Source: Eledone cirrhosa | Taxonomy: Eukaryota | DNA length: 64,000 bases | Assembly (NCBI GenBank): GCA_964016885.1 | Contig: OZ024743.1 | Span: forward strand, 256,618,001 to 256,682,000 | Direction of reading: 5' to 3' | Shown: piece after piece, positions 56,760 to 64,000 of the stretch | Position numbering within the stretch: position 1 is the stretch's first letter | Layout of the letters: every line of letters starts with the position of its first letter | The notes under the pieces: generated by a model | Database searches by the model: none | Seen by the model: the letters and a program-made list of their open reading frames with translations, nothing else | Told to the model about the DNA's origin: nothing | Position numbers and translations under genes: made by a program

Positions 56760-56810
56760 CACACACACACACACAGACAGACAGACATCCTCAGTTTTAT
56801 ATGTATAGAT
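56760..56810 (-). mobile_element. Isolated Helitron 5' terminus
   Basis: Minus strand ATCTATACATATAAAACTGAGGATGTCTGTCTG resembles 15712 ATCTCTATATATAAAACAGAAGATGTCTGTCCG. Confidence 0.55.
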
Positions 56811-56859
56811 TATCCTTCTCGAGCCCCCTTCGGATTTTAGTCTTCACATTTATTATTAT

Positions 56860-56924
<65 letters not shown>

Positions 56925-57070
56925 AGGAGGTTATAGTTCACTTGAAGCATTGTGTAATGAGGTATAAACGTTTGAATATGTATAATAAAGCCAAAACAAT
57001 GCAGGTATGGACATAGAATAAAGAATGTAAATGCAAAACATATTGTTGATAATTAGTCTTTTACTTTAGT

Positions 57071-57126
57071 TTTATTTAAATGTCCTTAATTTTCGAGATA
57101 ATATCTCTTCTTCAGAGGGAAATAAA
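57071..57126 (-). ncRNA. Minimal type I hammerhead ribozyme in the PLE terminal region, left arm
   Basis: Mirror of 58574-58629. Confidence 0.65.
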
Positions 57127-58573
57127 GGTCTCAAACCAGCCTTCTAAGTAGCTTGCCAAGTCATGCTGGCAGGAAATGGTATAGAGTATCTGTTCTATCT
57201 CTAATGTCAAAGAGTTAAAATTAGGTGGATAAAGAGTAGTCTCCTTTTAAAAGGGTTTTTTTTTTTTTTTTTTTTGTATACATGCCTGTTTAAGTGTGTG
57301 GGAGAATGCATGAAGGTGTAAGTATGTGAGTGTGTGTGTGTGTGTGAGTGTGAGAAGATAAGTCTATTCGTAAATGTGGGGGATAGGTGTTATCTGGTGT
57401 TAGAACTGGTTTTGTGTGTGTATGTGTGAGAGAGAATAAGTGGAGGCGTAAGCGTGTGTGTTTGTGTGCGTGCGTGTGTGTGTGGGGGGTGTGTAAATAT
57501 GGGGCTAGAAGCTCTATCAGGTTATAAATTGGGTGTTGAGTTCTAGTCTATTATTGACTGTTGGTTGTATTTTATCTATAATTAGTGCTTCCTTAATTCT
57601 AAGATTGCCGATGTTTCTTTCCTTAGTTTCTATCCTAACTGTTATGGTTTTGTCGGTGTTTTTGCATTTAACTAGGTGTTTCTTAAATGAGGAAGCGTTA
57701 GTATTGAGGTGTTCTTTTATTCTTATGTGGAGTGGTCTGGTGGTGCTACCTACGTAGAAGTTGTTGCATTTGTCACATAGGTCTGTGTCGTTGATGGGGC
57801 AGTTGGCTAGTCTGCAGCAGTTGTCATGTCTGGTGGAGTGCTGCAGACTAGCCAACTGCCCCATCAACGACACAGACCTATGCCACCAAGCTTACGTCGT
57901 ATACAGACTAGAGTGTGACAAATGCAACAACTTCTACGTAGGTAGCACCACCAGACCACTCCACATAAGAATAAAAGAACACCTCAATACTAACGCTTCC
58001 TCATTTAAGAAACACCTAGTTAAATGCAAAAACACCGACAAAACCATAACAGTTAGGATAGAAACTAAGGAAAGAAACATCGGCAATCTTAGAATTAAGG
58101 AAGCACTAATTATAGATAAAATACAACCACCAATCAATAATAGACTAGAACTCAACACCCAATTTATAACCTGATAGAGCTTCTAGCCCCATATTTACAC
58201 CACCACCCCACACACACGCACGCACGCACACACACACACATGCTTACGCCTCCACTTATTCTTTCTCACACATACACACACAAAACCAGTTCTAACACCA
58301 GATAACACCTATCCCCCACATTTACGAATAGACTTATCTTCTCACACTCACACACACACACACACTCACATACTTACACCTTCATGCATTCTCCCACACA
58401 CTTAAACAGGCATGTATATAAAAAAAAACAAAAAAAAAACAAACCCCTTTTAAAGGGAGACTACTCTTTATCCACCTGATTTTAACTCTTTGACATTAGA
58501 GATAGAACAGATACTCTATACCATTTCCTGTCAGCATGACTTGGCAAGCTACTTAGAAGGCTGGTTTGAGACC

Positions 58574-58629
58574 TTTATTTCCCTCTGAAGAAGAGATATT
58601 ATCTCGAAAATTAAGGACATTTAAATAAA
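58574..58629 (+). ncRNA. Minimal type I hammerhead ribozyme in the PLE terminal region, right arm
   Basis: TTTATTT-C-CCT-CTGAAGA-A-GAGAT-att-ATCTC-GAAA-AT-TA-AGG-acattt-AAATAAA. The palindromic AATT stem III fits dimer-acting minimal PLE hammerheads. Confidence 0.68.
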
Positions 58630-58723
58630 TCTAAGGTAAAAGACTAATTATCAACAATATGTTTTGCATTTACATTCTTTATTCTATGTCCATACCTGCA
58701 TTGTTTTGGCTTTATTATACATA

Positions 58724-58767
<44 letters not shown>

Positions 58768-58907
58768 AATGTGTGTGCGTGCGTGTGCGTGTGTGCGTAT
58801 ATACAATAGACTCCTCTCTAACATATCTACCCGAAAATGTTTTTGTTTTTACTCTCAAACGAAAACTTATATAATATTGCTACAGCCTACCTACCCACGT
58901 GTCTATA

Positions 58908-61900
58908 AATGGAATGTACGTGGCCTGGGTATGTCCTGGAAACAGGGCCAGTTTTTAAAAGATCTCAGGTCACATTGTATAGATGTGATAGCCATCACCG
59001 TGTCCAGGATTCACGACAAGCAGCAGCTAACCCCCATGTTCGATGATTTTGAGATCTACGCATCTCCCTGTCAACCAGGTGGTGGAGGGGAAGTTGCTGT
59101 TCTGTTTCGAAAAAACCTGGATCTCAAAGTACAGACGATTCACTTGGACCCGGAGGGCTGCCTGGTGATCCTGGACGTGAATGGTAGTAAAGGTGGAGCT
59201 TGCAGACTGGTGGCCGTATATGCCCGACTGGGACATCGCGACCAGAGTTCCTCAAGCGTCTAGAGCCATTCCTGGGAACGTCTCGCTCCTTAATGTTAGT
59301 GGAGGAATGAAATGGCATCTTAGACGCACATTGCGACTACGTAGGATCTTGTGAGAATAGAGGGCGGGGGGGAGGGGGTAATCGCCTCAAAAATCTCATC
59401 AGCCAATTCCAACTGGCTGATAGATATCGACTACCCTTCCCAAGTGCACCACTGTGGACGTGGAGTAACCGCACTGGGTCTTCTAGATCGTATTTAGATA
59501 GGTTTCTAATTAGACTGAATGATAAAGAAACATTAAGCCGTCGACAAATGCACATGGTTGCCTATTTAGACCACAAATTAGTCACCTGCATAGTCAACCT
59601 TGATAGAATACATAGAAAGGGATCCGGATACTGGAAGCTAAACATGTCGCTCCCGGCGCGTAAGGCCTTCAGTAAACGGATTAGCACCATAGTTAAGAGC
59701 CAGTCAACGGGGGCTATCGTCAACAACAGGTGGTGGAGCTCTCTCAAGAGAGCAATTAGAATAGAATCGATAGCATTTAGCAAGGAAGTAGCTTTAGAAA
59801 AAAAACAAAACTGAAAAGGAACTGGTAGCTAAATTAGAAGAGGGACTTAGGAATGGCAATACAGCTGACGTGCTAGCGGTGAGAACGGCACTAGACAAGT
59901 TCTTCAACGTGAAACACGAAGGTTGTATTGTCAGAAGTAGAACACGTACTCTAAGAAACGAGGGAGCCAAAGCTGTTAGCTGGGCCCGAGTGGCAGAGGT
60001 GAAAAGTGGCAACAAATCCACAATTCGGTCTTTGCAAGACAAAAATGGACGTATTCTACTTGAATCCAAGCAGATCTGCACGGCCTTCCAATTTGCACAA
60101 CTGTTCGGGCAAACCGGTACGTCAAGCGAAGAGAGGGACTTCAATTCATAACTCGACAGCCTACCACGACTCTCGAGCACGGATGCATAGAGCTGCGAAA
60201 GGCCGATCACAGCGGGCGAAATAGAAGATGCCCCAGGCCGGTATGAGAAACGCAAATCACCCGGTTTAGATGGTCTACATTATGAGTTTTACATAGGCAT
60301 GCCAGACTTGTTCTCTGGCGTACTCGAAGCGGTCTATTGCAACTGGCAGCAGAACGGGAGGATTCCCTGTTCTGTAGGCAGAGGCGTGTTAACGCTGATC
60401 CGGAAAGATGAGAACCAGGGGCATGAGATAAGCAATTTCAGGTCCATAACTCTTCTCAACACAGAGTTAAAGATCTCGGCCAAGGTGTTTGTAACAAGGC
60501 TGACGCTTGTCGTTCAGAACCTGGTAGGGGAAGCGCAAACGTGTGCAATCCTGACCAGGTCCATACACGACAACCTCCACCTCATGCGATACATCATAGA
60601 GAGGGTAGGGTGTCAACCTTGCTTCGGTGGGGTTCTGATCAATTTAGATCAGTCTAAGACATTTGATAGGGTCGACCATCAATATTTGGAAGTGGTTCTC
60701 AAGGCGGCCGGCTTCGGTCCCGTTATCAGAGGCTGGATCGCTGCCATCAACACCAGCATCTGCTCGGCAGTCAAGGTGAATGGCTACCTATCGGAGCCAT
60801 TCTATATCATGCGTTCCATCCATAGAGGTTACACTCTCTCCTCCATTATGTATGTACTGACTCTCGAGCCATTACTGCGGAAGTTGGAGCTGTTGCAGGG
60901 CATCCCGATCGAACCAGGACTGCGGAAAGCATTGTCGGCCTATGCCGAAGACGTAACGGTAATGAAGTCGAAAACCTCGGAAATCGGGTTAATCAGCAAC
61001 CTATTACAGGAATACGAAACGTTGACAGGAGCAAGACTAAACCCAAACAAGCCTGTCGCTTTGCAACTCGGCACATGGAGAGGCAAACCCATGCCTTCTG
61101 ACAGTGTCGTTGGACGCTGGATGGAAGGACCGGTGAAATTGCTCGGGTCTGGTTTGGTCCAGACCTGCAGGTGGAGAAGAACTGGAACGAGGTCACGGTG
61201 AGGGTGTTTTCACTCAACCAGAAGTGGGCTGAGTGCCAACTCTCCTTGAAAAGTCAAGCGGAGGTGGCGAAGACTTACATAGCCTCCGTCATCTTCTACT
61301 GCTTAACAGTCGTGCCTTGTTCCCGCGAATACCTCACCAAAATGGAACGCCTACTCTTCAAGTTCTTCTGGAAGAAACAGGCTCCATTGGTGAGGAGATC
61401 CATCTGCTGTCAACACCCTTCTAACGGAGAGCTGGGCATGCCGTGGCTGATGATGCGCAAACACGCGCTGAGGCTACGCCATCTTCAGGTATTCCTGACA
61501 GGCGAACCGGTGTGGCTGTCGTTTGTGAGACCAGCTCTTCCACAACTCGTCTCACTAACAGAGCTGCAGTCCTGGGTCAAGCAAAGACCGAAAATGGGCG
61601 CCTAGCACCTCGAGTGACTTCAGGCGTTCACAGCCCTCTACTAAGCGGAAACGGCTATCAGCGGAGACTCCACTTCGACATTCTATAGGGGATTAGTGGA
61701 GGATAAGTGCGACGAAGTTCTCGAGGAAACATCGAGGAGGACGAACTGACCAGTCTGTTCGGGAGAACTTTCCGTCCAGGGCATATGGAAAACTTCCAGA
61801 GGTCTCTGGCCTGGCAGTGTTATGAAGGAGCTATACAGGGATGGACGCCCTGGCAGAGATCCTGCCAAAAGGACCTGTCCAAGATGCGAGCAGAACATCG

Positions 61901-62541
61901 AAACCGTTCTGCACGCCATTGTTCAGTGCCCAGGGGTGACCGACCTGTGGAATTATGTCGAATAGCTACTGTCACGTGTGGGACGCATCCAGTTGTCAGC
62001 CGAGTCCATCGTGAGGATCACCTCGCCGCCTACATTTAAGAATGAAGGAGAGGCGGTCTTCCTCTGTCTGGTGGGTATGGCGAAAGAAGTAATATGTTGG
62101 ACGAGGTTAAAAGGACTGAGGGCAAACACCTTTCTCTCATCCCTTTCTTAAGTTCAACGTCAGAACGAAGGTGAGAGTGGAGAGAGAGGTGCTACACCCC
62201 AGTAAATACGCTGAAAGGTGGGTGAATGTGGCGAAAATGGCCCGTGTGAATGGGCCTTTTCTGTATATAAACATGTAGGTTGAGGAAGACGGGAACACCT
62301 ACAATACGTGTTCCTGGTGTTGAGGGTTGTTCTATTCACGGGGTGTAAAACAACCCCGCAGTAGCCCCCCCCCCCTAATGGGGATTTCAATTGTTTTATT
62401 TTTTATATAGTTTATTATTATCATTGTTAAATATTTTATGTAAAACCCCGCCGTCACATCTTGTAATGTCCCATTTCTGTGAGCCCCTGTGGCAAATAAA
62501 GAAAGATATCTATCTTTCTATCTATCTAATCTATCTATCTA
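58908..62541 (+). mobile_element. Tx1/L1-type LINE ORF2 (APE + RT + CCHC) and 3' UTR, inactivated, no ORF1
   Basis: WNVRGL, GGGGEVAVL, RSYLDRF, DHKLV, GSGYWKLN, KSPGLDG, NFRSITLLNTELKI, LDQSKTFDRVDH, AYAEDVT, and CPRC..ETVLHAIVQC at ~61876-61929. AATAAA at 62495 is followed by (ATCT)n. Confidence 0.92.
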
Positions 62542-63224
62542 TGTTTTGTATATTTTATTGTAGTTTCTTTATGTCGTGTTTTTTCTTATTCTTCCTGTAG
62601 AAGTTTTGATATAGTTAAAGTGATTTTTATCAAAACCATTCTCTAGTGGTTCTACCCATCTCGCTTTTGTTACATTGCAAAATGTCGTAATAAACAAATG
62701 AACATTGAATAAAAAAAAAATTAAAAGGAAAATTGTAATTAACTTAAAAATATTAATTGCAGTTTTAATCAATAAATACATTTAATTTGCTATAATTATC
62801 TTTCTTCTCCCTCTTTCTGTCTCTTATTATATCTCTTTATCTTTCTCTATTTCTATAGCTGTCTCTGTCATTATTTTCCCATCTCCTCTTTTTCTTTCGA
62901 TATATATCACTCTATCTCTTATTACTATTTCATATCTAGTTTTCTGTTCTTATCTCTCTTTCGAATTATCTCTATCTACTTTTCTCTCTCAATCTCTTAA
63001 ATTCCATCATTAACTCTCTATTACTGTATTTCTATCTTCTCTATATCTCCCTCTCTATTTATAGCTTTCTTTCCCGATATATCACTATCTTATTTTCTCT
63101 CTAGAATTCTGGAGTGGAACGGGGTTTCTTTTGTGGTTTGTGTTGATATATATTTTCTTTGTCATAGGTTTATTTTTTTAAGATCTTCCAATGAAAAGAG
63201 ATAACAAATTTTGAAATAGTGAAT

Positions 63225-63410
63225 TTTGATGATGATGTTGTCGTTGGTAGTGGTGGTGATGATCATGATAATGATGGTGATTATGGTAATGACCGTGATG
63301 ATGATAATAATGTTGATATAGATGATGATGGCAATGGTGATAAAGTGATGGTGATGATGATGTTGATGGCGATGTTGTGATGATGATGATGGTGATGATA
63401 TTAACGATAA
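63225..63410. repeat. Degenerate (GAT/GGT)n microsatellite
   Basis: Directly visible. Confidence 0.85.
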
Positions 63411-64000
63411 TCTAACTTATCATGACTCCACTTCCCTATGTCCCACAATGGGACTGATGATGGAAGGCATTTTCAAACAAAAATGACAGGAGAGTTTCTA
63501 ATAAATGAAATGAGATGTAATAATGTGTATTGCCCTCTGATGAATTGACAAAATTGGTAGAGCGTCGGATAAAATACACTGAGGCATTTGGTCTGAATAT
63601 TTGGTGACTGGGTATATTGAATTACTTAAAAAAGTAAACATTACATTTTGTCCAGGATAGTATTTTGAACATGTGCTGAACCAATTTGATTTCACTTTTT
63701 AATTTAGTACCACATGATATGTAATTTCTCATGGTTGACATAATAGCAACAGTAATAGTAGACATACACACAGACAGGCTATTTGTTTTATATAGAGATA
63801 TGTTTGTGTTTATGTGTCTGTATCGCATAACAATATCGATAAAATAAATAGAAAGCTTGGGATAAATACGTTCAATTATTTGAAGATGGTGCCCTAGAAT
63901 GGCCACAGTCAAAGGAGTGAAACCTGTAATTGAATAAAAGTATGTATGAAAGCTTCTTAAGAAAGGGATGAAATGTTTTAAACCTTTATTTGTCTGACAG

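Larger units (their letters stand above)
56922..58727. mobile_element. Head-to-head inverted pair of 5'-truncated PLE ends (GIY-YIG + 3' terminal region)
   Basis: 56973-57819 is the reverse complement of 57839-58727. The arms encode VVYRLECDKCNNFYVGSTTRPLHIRIKEH...LRIKEALII..QP.IN; the left arm has a ~33-bp deletion. Both outer ends lie in (TA)n. Confidence 0.92.

Overview
AT-rich animal genomic DNA with no recognisable host gene. The SINE families and dense (TA)n/(CA)n microsatellites suggest an octopus or other cephalopod (inference). The window is a nest of decayed mobile elements: L1/Tx1-type LINEs, several RTE-clade LINEs, an R4/Dong-like LINE split by a Helitron, a CRE-like fragment, a mariner, two Penelope-like elements (PLEs) with inverted 5' arms, and many tRNA-derived SINEs. 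The most notable signal is a set of type I hammerhead ribozyme motifs in at least four unrelated repeats that border (TA)n tracts. The clearest is a non-coding 483-bp tandem array (34732-36675) with one hammerhead per unit and a head-to-head inversion. It looks like a retrozyme-like non-autonomous element and sits directly against a Neptune-type PLE. Coordinates were read by eye and may be off by a few bases. Clade assignments come from motif recognition only.
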